64,000 bases of DNA from Takakia lepidozioides (Eukaryota > Plantae > Bryophyta): the NCBI GenBank assembly GCA_030704615.1, contig CM060732.1:67084001-67148000 (forward strand), written 5' to 3'. The translations under genes were made by a program, and so were the position numbers. How positions within the stretch are numbered: the stretch's first letter is position 1; each line of letters starts with the position of its first letter. The notes under the pieces were generated by a model. The model was not told where the DNA came from. It searched no databases and was given only the letters and a program-made list of their open reading frames with translations. Shown here in pieces: positions 63,481 to 64,000 of the stretch.

Positions 63481-64000
63481 ACCCAGGAATGCCGGTCTTG
63501 CACATATTTACCAACCTAAACCAAAAGCTTTCACCAAAACTTTTTTTTGTTTTGTTTTTTCTTGAAGAAAAGTGAAACCGCATAGGCGGCATAGCTTTAT
63601 AAAAGACCCAAGTGGGGTGATTGTACAAATGGGTAAAACTGTCGCCAAGACGAAAAACAAAAGCTCGTAGAGCTAGATATATTGACAGAAAGAAAGAAAT
63701 CAAACTATTCTAGTATCACCTACTGCCTGAAGAAGGTCAGACAACAGGAAAGAGGATGGATCAGAGAATCTGGGACTACATCCTTCTAAAGCTTGCATGT
63801 TTTGTTTTATAGAATGTGATCTACACGCATGAGCCCAACAAAAAATGGGAAACAAGTGGATAGTCTCCTTTCGTGAATAGCGAGATCAATCATCCAAAAT
63901 GACATTACAAACTCATTATGTCACCTTGTCAATTTTCATCCTCTTCCATCCTGCACAGGCCGGCGCCGTTGCAGGTATGATGTATCGGCCTACGACGCCA

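Overview
Eukaryotic nuclear DNA from a land plant, probably a non-seed lineage (inferred from the PLS-DYW PPR style and a chromodomain-bearing Ty3 element). The first ~19 kb is mostly transposon debris: an internally deleted chromoviral Ty3/Gypsy element, several non-autonomous TIR elements (hAT, Mutator and a piggyBac-like element with TSDs), tandem duplications and a palindromic repeat array. The gene-rich part holds a CYP71-clan P450 (+, 20605-23013), DDM1 (-, 16 exons, 25057-36656), a PLS-E-DYW PPR RNA-editing factor (+, to 42722), a second CYP71-clan P450 (-, 44401-46502), CSN6 (+, 54493-58391) and a CYP72-clan pseudogene (+, ~61065-63480). The most striking observation is three tandem, intron-split motifs resembling the PDF ssDNA-binding motif of OSB proteins directly upstream of the PPR-DYW. 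The third is in frame with the PPR-DYW, suggesting a now partly decayed ssDNA-binding-module/PPR/deaminase fusion. Also notable: a miRNA-like hairpin just after the first P450 stop, piggyBac-type ends, and a duplicated NLS-like exon plus many LINE 3' ends inside DDM1. All calls are by eye; no database searches were run.
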